From contig CALCDZ010000004.1 in the NCBI GenBank assembly GCA_937900255.1, positions 100,413 through 164,412 of the forward strand: 64,000 nt of DNA, in the 5' to 3' direction. The stretch comes from an uncultured bacterium. Lineage in GTDB: Bacteria > Patescibacteriota > Patescibacteriia > SG8-24 > DYFX01. The translations under genes and the position numbers were made by a program. Positions 26,835-35,699 of the stretch are shown here, in pieces. A model generated the notes under the pieces. The model saw nothing but the letters and a program-made list of their open reading frames with translations. It ran no database searches and had not been told where the DNA came from. Numbering within the stretch: the stretch's first letter is position 1; each line of letters starts with the position of its first letter.

Positions 26835-29800
26835 ATGATGAGACTGATTACCGCCACCCATATCAAGAACTGGGCGGAAAACGATGAGCGGCGCTGCCAG
26901 GACACCCTGCCGCTTCTCCTTCGTCGTTTGATATGGGCCACGACGGGAAGCCCCCCGAAAGACCTCCACTTCCCAACCGGAGATAGCGTCGTGCTCGGAG
27001 GGTGGGACGGTCGCCTCGAAACCCCCGTAGTTTTCCCGTACTTCCCCGATGGCATCTCCCGCTGGGAAATCGGCACGGGCGCCTCTCCCGGCGTAAAAGC
27101 GGAGCAGGATTTCGCCAAGCGTAGTAAGGATCCGCACGGAGCAAACCCCCAAGAGACGACCTTCGTCTTCGTGACCCCTCGGCCTTGGCCGGAGCACGCC
27201 GACTGGGTGAAGGCGAAGAAGGATCTGAAAATCTGGAAAGACGTCCGCGTCGTCAACGCGGACGCGCTCGAGGCGTGGCTCGCGCTCGCCCCGGTCGTCG
27301 CCCTGTGGCTTTCGCGAGAACTTGGGTTGACGCCCACCCCGGGCATGCGCGATATCGAACGGACATGGGAAGAGTTCGCCTTATCGTCAGTCGAGCCGCT
27401 CACCACCGAGCTGGTGATCGCTGGTCGTAAGGCGGAGGTCGAAGCGGTGCACGGATGGCTCAGACACACGGCCGACGTCCATGCAGTCCGTGGCGACTCT
27501 ACGGACGAGGCGTCCGCCTTTTTGTACTCAGCGATTGACGCCCTTCCTGGAGATGACCGCGAGAAGGAACTCTCGCGGTGCATCGTCGTGGATGGCCTGC
27601 AGCAGTTCCGCGATTGCGCGGAAGCTTTTGAGAAAACTCCCCTCATCATTGTCGTGCCGAACGATTGCCGTCCCGCAGTTGGTTGGGCGGTGAGGAAAGG
27701 TCATCACGTTTTCTTGTGCGTGGAACCGCAGGCGATCGGTGGCGCAGGGGATGTGAGACTGTCGCGGCCGCGTCGGGGCGTCGTTGAAGAAGCTTTGAAA
27801 AAAATGGGCTTGTCGGATGACAAGGCTCAAAAGTTTACTCGAGATTTCGGCCATAGCATCCCCGTCCTGCGACGGCACCTCTCTCGATCCAATGCTGTAA
27901 GCGCTCCGGCTTGGGCAAGCGCTGATTCGGCGCAGGCACTTTTGCCAATCTTGCTTGCTGGCGCATGGACTGAAGAAAAGGAAGGCGACCAGGAAGTGAT
28001 TCAAATGCTTTCCGGGTCAACCCACGAGGAATATACCAAGGTGCTGAGTGGTTTTTTGCAGATCGAGGATTCCCCGATTCGCAAAGTTGGGAAAGTCTGG
28101 ACGCTTAAGGCTCCTCTGGATGCCTGGTTTCTTCTTGCTGGTCAACTTACGGACGCCTCATTGAAATCGCTGGGGCAAGTCGTTCACGCTGTTCTTACAC
28201 AGACCGATCCGAAATATGACCTACCCGCAGACAAGCGTTGGTCTGCGGCCATATACGGAAAGTCCAACCGCTATTCCGAATGGATTCGCACAGGCCTCGT
28301 TGAATCCCTGGTTCTTCTTGCTGTGCACGGTGAGCGCGCTTCTCAGGCTGCTGCGCCGCAGGCTTTTGCTAATACGGTAGTTAAAGACGTATTGGAATCA
28401 GCTAAAAAATGGGAGATGTGGGCGTCCTTGAATGACGTTCTCCCGCTCATTGCCGAAGCTGCACCAGACGCATTCCTTGATGCAATCGAGAAAAACGTAA
28501 AAGAGAACCCAGTTCTCTTCGAAGAGTTGATGCAGGACGATGCCAGCATGTTTGGTGAGTGCAAGCACGCGGGGCTGCTGTGGGGTCTTGAATCTCTTGC
28601 ATGGAGTACGACCTACTTCAGTCGAGCCGCGCAAGCCCTCATGAGTCTCGGCAAAATCGATAAGGGTGGACGCTTTGCAAATCGACCAATGAATAGCCTG
28701 GGAGAAGTGTTTCTGCCAGGTCTTCCACAGACCCACGCTTCTCCCAAGGATCGTTTGGCAGTTTTTGATGTACTCGTCGGAAAAGACCACCAAAGCGTTT
28801 GGGGGTTCAGTAAAAATTATTTTAATGGCGGAGCCATCAGCGAATCCCATAGGTTTCGATGGCGAGCTTCGGGTGGTGATCGACGTGGCTTGGAATCCGA
28901 AGACGCAAGGGACTACAAGGAATACATGGAAGGGCTTCTTCCGAGGCTTAGTAGTTTGGCGTCCTTGCGTGAAAATATTGTGTCATCGCACGAAAACTTT
29001 CTTCACCTTTCGCCCAGCATAAAGGATCGGCTCATCACCACGTTGCTCGAAATGGCCCCGGATACATTCTCAAAAACCGAAAGAGAACAGCTGCTTCAAA
29101 ATGTTCGGAACACTTTGAATTGGATCAACAGTTATGGAGAGGGGAAGGATAGGCAATACGTAGAAGGGCTCAGTAAAATCTTAACGATTTTTGAGCCCAA
29201 AGAGACGCTTGAACGGGTGGGCTGGCTTTTAGAGACACCATGGCCCACCCTTCCACAGGGTGAAACACGCAGCTATGAAGAGAAACAAGCAGAAGTAAAA
29301 GCGGCGCAGCTGGCGGCGGCGCGCGAAATCCTGGATCAAGTGCCGCTTAAGAATATCCTAGAGTACGCAAACGCTCTCCAGCACGTCGGCATTTTTGGAT
29401 TCTCTCTCGGGTGTGCGATTCGTGACGCCAAAGAAGATGAAGTTGTCCTTGAAGGTATTCTTAAGAATGCTGATCATAACTCCGGTCTTGTTAAAGGGTA
29501 TGCACTTGGCAGGGTTGAAAAGTTGGGAGCTGAATGGGTGGATCAACAAATAGTGCGCTTGCAAGCACTTGGAGGCTATTCAGATGAAGACTACGCCTTG
29601 TTGTATTTTGGGCTTCCCGAAGGGGCGGAAACATGGGTCGCGGTAAGCGCTTCTGGCAAGGGCGTTGAAGACGCGTACTGGAAACAAGCCCGAGGCTTCT
29701 CTCGAACTGATAAGACGGAAGACGCCGAGCTCGCCGTTGAAAAGCTGCTCGATGCCAAACGTCCTTTGGTTGCTCTTGATGTTGCTGGCGATCCGAAGCT

Positions 29801-30635
29801 TTCGATTTCAAGTCAGCTACTCAAAAGACTCATACAGGAAATCCTCGCAATCGATCCAGAGGATGAGAAGGTTAGATTTGATACGATGGCGAGTTTTCAT
29901 CTCGCACATGTATTCAACCAGCTATACAAACAAGGAGAACTCTCCCTTGAAGAGATCGCGATGCTGGAGTGGCCCTTCGCCGCACTTTTGGACGACATTC
30001 AAAGACACAGCTCTGTACCCACGGCTATTCATAGGTTACTGCAGAAAGAGCCAAAGTTTTTTGCGCAGCTCGTTTCGTTTGCATACAAGCGAGACGATTT
30101 TACTCCTGATCCGGGCCGCGAAGGACTCGACGAAAAGAAAGCACAGAACATGGCTCGGAATGCTCATGAGGTATTGAGGTCATGGCGTCTGTTCCCAGGT
30201 CTCAAGGATGATGGCTCACTCGATGAAAAGGACTTAAGGAGTTGGGTTGATCAAGCCAGACAACTGTGCGCCGCGACAAAATATGTAAAGGGTGGGGATC
30301 TGCAGATTGCGGAAATGTTTGCGTACGCACCGAGCGATCTCGATGGGACTTGGCCCCATGTTGCCGTTCGGAACATTATTGAAGATCTGAACAACGAACT
30401 GATTAATAAACACATTCAGACCGGCGTATACAATAGTCGGGGCGTCGTTTCTCGTAGCATGAATGATGGGGGTGCTCAAGAGAGAAAACTGGCACAAAAA
30501 TACCGTGATATGAGCGAAGCCGTGAACGCTAAGTGGCCGCGCACGGGTGCGTTGCTTCGTTCGATCGCGGAAGCCTACGAGCAACAGGCGAAACACGAAG
30601 ACGTCACAGTTGAACTGTACGATCTGCGCTTCTGA
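26835..30635 (+). CDS. Large (1266 aa) protein: N-terminal restriction-endonuclease-like domain, degenerate NTPase-like region, long helical C-terminus; putative defence protein
   Basis: Likely start MMRLITA; GWDG..WEIG..K..DF.KR acidic motif; VRGDSTDEASAFL P-loop-like segment lacking GKS/T; island cargo position. Confidence 0.7.
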   Translation: MMRLITATHIKNWAENDERRCQDTLPLLLRRLIWATTGSPPKDLHFPTGDSVVLGGWDGRLETPVVFPYFPDGISRWEIGTGASPGVKAEQDFAKRSKDPHGANPQETTFVFVTPRPWPEHADWVKAKKDLKIWKDVRVVNADALEAWLALAPVVALWLSRELGLTPTPGMRDIERTWEEFALSSVEPLTTELVIAGRKAEVEAVHGWLRHTADVHAVRGDSTDEASAFLYSAIDALPGDDREKELSRCIVVDGLQQFRDCAEAFEKTPLIIVVPNDCRPAVGWAVRKGHHVFLCVEPQAIGGAGDVRLSRPRRGVVEEALKKMGLSDDKAQKFTRDFGHSIPVLRRHLSRSNAVSAPAWASADSAQALLPILLAGAWTEEKEGDQEVIQMLSGSTHEEYTKVLSGFLQIEDSPIRKVGKVWTLKAPLDAWFLLAGQLTDASLKSLGQVVHAVLTQTDPKYDLPADKRWSAAIYGKSNRYSEWIRTGLVESLVLLAVHGERASQAAAPQAFANTVVKDVLESAKKWEMWASLNDVLPLIAEAAPDAFLDAIEKNVKENPVLFEELMQDDASMFGECKHAGLLWGLESLAWSTTYFSRAAQALMSLGKIDKGGRFANRPMNSLGEVFLPGLPQTHASPKDRLAVFDVLVGKDHQSVWGFSKNYFNGGAISESHRFRWRASGGDRRGLESEDARDYKEYMEGLLPRLSSLASLRENIVSSHENFLHLSPSIKDRLITTLLEMAPDTFSKTEREQLLQNVRNTLNWINSYGEGKDRQYVEGLSKILTIFEPKETLERVGWLLETPWPTLPQGETRSYEEKQAEVKAAQLAAAREILDQVPLKNILEYANALQHVGIFGFSLGCAIRDAKEDEVVLEGILKNADHNSGLVKGYALGRVEKLGAEWVDQQIVRLQALGGYSDEDYALLYFGLPEGAETWVAVSASGKGVEDAYWKQARGFSRTDKTEDAELAVEKLLDAKRPLVALDVAGDPKLSISSQLLKRLIQEILAIDPEDEKVRFDTMASFHLAHVFNQLYKQGELSLEEIAMLEWPFAALLDDIQRHSSVPTAIHRLLQKEPKFFAQLVSFAYKRDDFTPDPGREGLDEKKAQNMARNAHEVLRSWRLFPGLKDDGSLDEKDLRSWVDQARQLCAATKYVKGGDLQIAEMFAYAPSDLDGTWPHVAVRNIIEDLNNELINKHIQTGVYNSRGVVSRSMNDGGAQERKLAQKYRDMSEAVNAKWPRTGALLRSIAEAYEQQAKHEDVTVELYDLRF

Positions 30636-30647
30636 TGCTTCTGATTC

Positions 30648-31004
30648 ATGAAACCTGCAAGCGCCATTCTTATCGGCTTGGCATCAGCTCTTACGGGGTA
30701 TTTTATTTGGGCTCTTCATAAGAGAACTAAGGAGTTGGTGTACGGGTTTGTTAAAGCGCTTTTTGTCCCCATCATTCTGGTACTGGTTGTATTTGCTTAC
30801 GGAGAAACGGCAGGATGGGGATGGCTGGAAAAGGTTGGCTGGGCTATTGGGTATACCGTTGCCGGTATTATCGGGGCGATAGTGATTATGATTGTGGGAG
30901 GGGTGATTTTAATTAATTTGAGAGAGCGTTGGGAAATGAGAGCTGCATTTGTCGAGAAAGAAGAAGGAGAGAAGGAGCGCCCTAGCGAAGTTTCACATGG
31001 ATAG
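30648..31004 (+). CDS. Small 3-TM membrane protein
   Basis: Three hydrophobic segments; 12 nt after the previous stop and overlapping the next start. Confidence 0.7.
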   Translation: MKPASAILIGLASALTGYFIWALHKRTKELVYGFVKALFVPIILVLVVFAYGETAGWGWLEKVGWAIGYTVAGIIGAIVIMIVGGVILINLRERWEMRAAFVEKEEGEKERPSEVSHG

Positions 31005-32082
31005 AAATAAGAGTATTTTCCTTGCGTTCGTTGGCCAACCAATTGAGCAGGTCGATGCAATATTTGAGATACAAAACGGTTATGAATGTTGGGACTTAAA
31101 ACAATTCAAACGTGATGAGTTTATTGAAGCACTAAAGAAAAAAATAACACCCATTAATGACAATGTATTAAAGTTTTATAGTGCGGAGACAGCATCGCAC
31201 GATTCTTTCGGTATCACAGAAGAACAATATGGAGAATGCTCCTGGGGATTACTGATCCCTGAGGGTCGTGAAGATGTATATTCGGCCGCGTACGCTGAAA
31301 CGATATTTTTATTGAACCTTTATTCACCCACGTTCCTTCGTCCTATTTTCTACGGCTCCGAAATGGGCATTCACCCTATAGCACACGATCAGCCCACTTT
31401 TTTCTTTGCCCATTTTCAGAACCAGTCGCACATTTTCAAGACGAAAGGTTTTGTCACCTTTTTCAAAACACTGCTCCCTCAATCCCAATATGGGACTTGG
31501 CAGCTAGACCGTATACAAAAGTGGGGAAAAGAAGATTGGAGACTTTTTGTTGCGGGCTGGCTCTATTCGGGACTCAAGGACTACGAAAATAGTAAAAACT
31601 CTTTCGGGTGGCAAAGAGAATCTGCTGACATGGCTGCCATATTGGAGGCACTGTTTACAGCAGGTGATTCACAAAACGAGGAAGTGGGTTATAGATTAAG
31701 AAAAAGGATGGCCGCCCTCCTTTCCTGGATATTTCCAGAAATAGAAAAAGAAGTAAAAGATTTGTACACTCAGCGAAGCGCGTTTGTTCACGGATCTTTT
31801 TTTGCACAAATCGAGAAAGACACTAGACATAGCTACAATAACTTACCGTCCCCCGATTTCAATTTGTTGTATAAACAAAAGGAGCATGTGCGGCTGGCTT
31901 TGATTTCTTATCTGCACCTCGCCAGACTTCTCAATGAGAAACCTCTTGAGTATGAAGGCAACACGACGGTGATTAACGCTCTTGAAGAGGCAGTTATCAA
32001 TGTTGCGTTGCGAGATAAGCTGACTAGTGAGGTTCGCAATCTGTTTTCAATGATGCCGACCCCATATTTTAAAATGTTTTAA
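30997..32082 (+). CDS. HEPN-domain protein (ApeA-like)
   Basis: Start MDRNKSI; LEALF..E..YRL..R.A..L..LY..RSAFVHG (RxxxxH motif). Confidence 0.8.
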   Translation: MDRNKSIFLAFVGQPIEQVDAIFEIQNGYECWDLKQFKRDEFIEALKKKITPINDNVLKFYSAETASHDSFGITEEQYGECSWGLLIPEGREDVYSAAYAETIFLLNLYSPTFLRPIFYGSEMGIHPIAHDQPTFFFAHFQNQSHIFKTKGFVTFFKTLLPQSQYGTWQLDRIQKWGKEDWRLFVAGWLYSGLKDYENSKNSFGWQRESADMAAILEALFTAGDSQNEEVGYRLRKRMAALLSWIFPEIEKEVKDLYTQRSAFVHGSFFAQIEKDTRHSYNNLPSPDFNLLYKQKEHVRLALISYLHLARLLNEKPLEYEGNTTVINALEEAVINVALRDKLTSEVRNLFSMMPTPYFKMF

Positions 32083-32199
32083 GTCGACGAAGTGAGCGAT
32101 ACGGGTGTGGATAAACATCCAAAATGTTATTGATTGTTATCTGATGTTATAAATATTTCTTCCAAAGAAAGTCTTGCATCATTTTTGTAAGTTGCTAAA

Positions 32200-32402
32200 C
32201 TGTCGATGACAGTTGAGTTCGTCGAGAAAAGACGACCTCGGAAAAATGAGCAACTGCCGTAGTATTGTATCCATTTTCTGTGACGTATCGGGTCTGCCCC
32301 GCTGCTTCATAGAAAGTGTTTAGCGATCTACTGGCAGTAGTCCATCGCAAAGCCCAAGGCTTTGACGAGTGAGAAGTCGCCAGTCCACTGGCGACTTTTT
32401 TT
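32200..32402 (+). ncRNA. Candidate structured leader/regulatory RNA ending in a terminator
   Basis: Promoter TTGCAT-N17-TAAACT (32173-32201); several stems; AAGTCGCCAGT-CC-ACTGGCGACTTTTTT. Confidence 0.45.
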
Positions 32403-32408
32403 CGTGCA

Positions 32409-32546
32409 ATGCTATCAGTCAAAAGATGCAGAGAACTTTTGGGAGAAAAGGGGTCTGACCTGACGGATGAGCAGGTGGCCACTCTTTGTGACTCATTGTA
32501 CGACATCGTGAATCTGATTTTCAACCGCCTTCAAAAAAGTAGTTAG
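32409..32546 (+). CDS. 45-aa helical protein (not in ORF track)
   Basis: MLSVKRCRELLGEKGSDLTDEQVATLCDSLYDIVNLIFNRLQKSS; first gene of the element core operon. Confidence 0.65.
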   Translation: MLSVKRCRELLGEKGSDLTDEQVATLCDSLYDIVNLIFNRLQKSS

Positions 32547-32560
32547 GAACCACAGATACT

Positions 32561-32812
32561 ATGAAAATGAAACCGTTCCCAACGCCGCACTTCAGCTGCT
32601 CTGACCTCTATCTCGCTGCCTATCTTATCGCAAAAGGGCTGAGGCTTGTTGATGTGGACAAGGCTGACAGTAAGCGAGCTGTTTTCGTATTTTCTGATGT
32701 GGTGGGCAGAGAGGATACGGTCGCATCCTTTTGGTCAAAGGAGGCCCGCATAGAGCCGCGCGCCTTTATTGCTGCGATCAAGGAAGCCAAAGAACGACTT
32801 TACAGCGACTAG
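32561..32812 (+). CDS. DUF5659-like small protein
   Basis: FSCSDLYLAAYLIAKG..KRAVFVF pattern. Confidence 0.75.
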   Translation: MKMKPFPTPHFSCSDLYLAAYLIAKGLRLVDVDKADSKRAVFVFSDVVGREDTVASFWSKEARIEPRAFIAAIKEAKERLYSD

Positions 32813-32827
32813 CGCTGTAAAAAGTGA

Positions 32828-33802
32828 ATGAATATGAGAAATCAGATCAAGTTTAAGGGCTTTCTCAAATCCTATCGATTGAAGCTGAAGAGGACGATGG
32901 ACCTCTCCGATGCCGAATATCGTCTTTTTGATGTACTTATTCACATTGTCGATTGGGATAAAGATCACGAGACTTTTGGCACGACAAGTGAATCGTTACG
33001 AGATATTAAGGAGCATTATTTGCCGCACCACGCCATCGGTAAACTTTCTGAAACCATTACGAGCCTAGCCAAACGAGATTTTCTGAAAAGACTGCGTGAC
33101 AGGATCGAGGTCAACAACTTCAAATGGCTTATTAGTAAAAGTGTTCAGGATGGTGAACGATTTAATGGCCTCGTTGATGAACCAACTGTTCACCATGATG
33201 AACGACTTGTTCAGGTTACAGAACAGAAAATTCAGCCCGGCGAACACGATGTTCATGCTTCCGAACACGGTGATAAAAAAGGCGTCGGCGAAGCACGCCA
33301 CGTAATGCCTATGAACATTGGAGAAAATGAGGTGACTGTTCACCCTGATGAAACTCAAAAAACCTCTAAAGAACATTTAGAGAAACTGAAAGAACATCAG
33401 ACAAACGAAGAAAATCTGCTGATGATTCAAAAACTGAAGAACGAATACGGTCCGGACATCGAAGTGCCGATCCGGAACTTCTCTTTGTTGCTCGTCCGAG
33501 ACGCCGCTCGTCGCATGGAAGCGCGCATTCGCCGTGGCGAGCCAGTAAAGAATCGTGTCGGCTACATTACGAAACTTTGCAAAGAAGGGATCGCATGGGA
33601 CTTAAGCGAAGAAAAAGCTGATGAGGACCGTGCTGGGGCGCGGGCTGTTGCACAAGAAGAGGAGCAGAGAAAATTGATGGAGGAGCACGATCGGCCCATG
33701 ACGCCCGAAGAGAAGGCTCGTCGAGAGGAGACCCTCAGGTCTTTTAGGGAGATGCGCAACAAGATTGGGCGCAACAACGCCCCCCCGCCTCAAAATAGAT
33801 AG
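32828..33802 (+). CDS. Putative replication initiator
   Basis: N-terminal wHTH-like region, iteron-bearing linker, VKNRVGYITKL C-terminal motif. Confidence 0.65.
   Translation: MNMRNQIKFKGFLKSYRLKLKRTMDLSDAEYRLFDVLIHIVDWDKDHETFGTTSESLRDIKEHYLPHHAIGKLSETITSLAKRDFLKRLRDRIEVNNFKWLISKSVQDGERFNGLVDEPTVHHDERLVQVTEQKIQPGEHDVHASEHGDKKGVGEARHVMPMNIGENEVTVHPDETQKTSKEHLEKLKEHQTNEENLLMIQKLKNEYGPDIEVPIRNFSLLLVRDAARRMEARIRRGEPVKNRVGYITKLCKEGIAWDLSEEKADEDRAGARAVAQEEEQRKLMEEHDRPMTPEEKARREETLRSFREMRNKIGRNNAPPPQNR
33143..33353. repeat. Iteron-like array GTTC-N8-GAAC inside the rep gene
   Basis: Copies at 33188, 33209, 33230 (ATTC) and 33251 with 21-bp period; outliers at 33143 and 33338 (GAAA). Confidence 0.75.
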
Positions 33803-34203
33803 CAAAAGGTTTCTTGGGAAAAATCAAATTTGAAGAGGGTGTCCCAGCGCAGATCATTAAATCGCCAAAGACAACTCCCACCACCCCTTTCCCAATCCTT
33901 ACATACGGGGCGATGAAGATGAGGTGTCACCCCGTATGGCGAGGTGCTATCGCCTGTTATGCCGGATATACATTTGTTGAGGTGCGGTGCATCTAACCAG
34001 TGAGCACTCTTGGCAAAACAAAAAATGCCCCGACAGGCACCAACGTCATTAAATAGCCATTTCATTTAGTCCGTGTGGAGCAAATGCGCACATCTAACGA
34101 CATTTGAATCATATCAGACGAGCCCGCCGCGTCAAGAGAGGGCATCAACTCACATTTGCTTCATCCTACAGCATTAAATGGCTATTAATAGCATTGAACG
34201 TGT

Positions 34204-34437
34204 ATGAACCAGTCTTCAGAGGCACGAATAGGATCAACTGCGGAATCGGAAGCGCTCGGCATCAAGGCCGTAGCGCAATCCCTAGGCGTTTCCAGGGCGA
34301 CGGTCTTGCGTTGGATTCGAGCAAAGAAACTCGAAGGGTTCTTTCGCATCGGTCATAAATGGCTTATTCGGAAGTCTGACTTCGAATCATTTATCAATGG
34401 AAGAGTGGCCCAGCAATCAAGGAATGATGCCGTATGA
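34204..34437 (+). CDS. Excisionase-like HTH_17 DNA-binding protein
   Basis: VAQSLGVSRATVLRWIRAKKL..FRIGHKWLIRKSD. Confidence 0.88.
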   Translation: MNQSSEARIGSTAESEALGIKAVAQSLGVSRATVLRWIRAKKLEGFFRIGHKWLIRKSDFESFINGRVAQQSRNDAV

Positions 34438-34823
34438 AATATCTCGCAATCATCTTTATTGTCTTTTGGATCCTTGTCGCAACGTCCATGCTTCGGGATG
34501 AGCACAAGGAATCAAAGAGTAAAGGGAAAAGAGTGAATATATTTCAGAAAGCGTCAACGCTGTTATTGTTGCTCATTGGTTCATTAGTACTTACAGCTTT
34601 CGGACTTGGCCTCGTTGGTGGCCTCGTGTTTTTCATTCCTTCATCCATTCGCTATTTACTCACCGCACATTCCGGCTACCAGCTGTTTATTGGGTTGGGG
34701 GGACTGGCTATTTCAATTCTCCTTCTGAACATCTGTAGGCCACTTTGGGAAATGCTTATCGATCGCCTGCGTGCAGCTGCCAACTTCATTCGGAAATTAA
34801 GCGCACACAAATGGAAACTCTAA
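34434..34823 (+). CDS. Hypothetical membrane protein
   Basis: 129 aa, three hydrophobic segments, overlaps both neighbours. Confidence 0.65.
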   Translation: MKYLAIIFIVFWILVATSMLRDEHKESKSKGKRVNIFQKASTLLLLLIGSLVLTAFGLGLVGGLVFFIPSSIRYLLTAHSGYQLFIGLGGLAISILLLNICRPLWEMLIDRLRAAANFIRKLSAHKWKL

Positions 34824-35698
34824 TAAATCAATACCTGGACTACCTCATCGTAGAGCGGAACTTTTCGCCACGCACAGTTGAGGCATACGAACATGATCTT
34901 GGTAAGTTTACGGGATTCCTACAGGCCAACGGTCGTTCAGACGTGCTTGCCGTGACACAGGAAGATGTAAGTCATTTTCTTTCTGAATGTGCCGACACAA
35001 ACAGCGCCGTTACGTTGACGCGCAAGCTATTTGCCATCCGCTCCCTGTTCAAATATCTGTTGCGTAAAAAATTGATCGTGGTTAACCCCACGAGCGAAAT
35101 CGAGAAAATGAAGCTTCCTCAGAAGCAGCCTGCCTACCTTACGGAATCTGAGTATCGAAATCTGATTGAAACAGTGAAAAGAGAAGCGGCCCCCTATGAT
35201 CGATTACGTGATATCGCCATCGTCCTTCTCTTGCTCGGCACCGGCATACGCCTTTCAGAACTCGTGGGGCTCACTCTCGACAGGGTTAGTTTGGAGAAGA
35301 CCGGCAGGAGCATCAAGGTAAGGGGTAAGGGTGATAAAGAACGAACCATCCCCCTAATGGGCGAGGTCGTATCTGTTCTCGAAACGTACTTGAAACACCG
35401 CCCCAAGGTCACCAGCGACCACTTGTTCATTAGTCGGCGTGGCGACACGCTACATCCGCGTAGTGTCTACGGTCTTGTAAAAAAATATCTTCAAAAATCA
35501 GATATACAAAAAACCAAGGCGGCTGTTCATTCGTTGCGCCACACTTTTGGAACTTCGTTGATGAACAACGGAGTTAATATCGTGGTCATCCAGGAACTTC
35601 TTGGACACAAGAAGCTGGAGACTACGCGGCGCTATCTGCACATCAACAACATTGATTTGCGTAACGCCGTCGATTCATTGGTCTTGAGCAAACCTTGA
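34811..35698 (+). CDS. XerC/D-like tyrosine recombinase
   Basis: Start METLINQY; TGIRLSEL, GKGDKER, HSLRH, LLGH, TRRY catalytic residues all present. Confidence 0.93.
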   Translation: METLINQYLDYLIVERNFSPRTVEAYEHDLGKFTGFLQANGRSDVLAVTQEDVSHFLSECADTNSAVTLTRKLFAIRSLFKYLLRKKLIVVNPTSEIEKMKLPQKQPAYLTESEYRNLIETVKREAAPYDRLRDIAIVLLLLGTGIRLSELVGLTLDRVSLEKTGRSIKVRGKGDKERTIPLMGEVVSVLETYLKHRPKVTSDHLFISRRGDTLHPRSVYGLVKKYLQKSDIQKTKAAVHSLRHTFGTSLMNNGVNIVVIQELLGHKKLETTRRYLHINNIDLRNAVDSLVLSKP

Positions 35699-35699
35699 T

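Noticed and set aside
33188-33266. LexA SOS boxes
   Set aside because: The GAAC..GTTC spacing is N5, not the Firmicutes N4; the units are intragenic and 21-bp phased, which fits iterons better.
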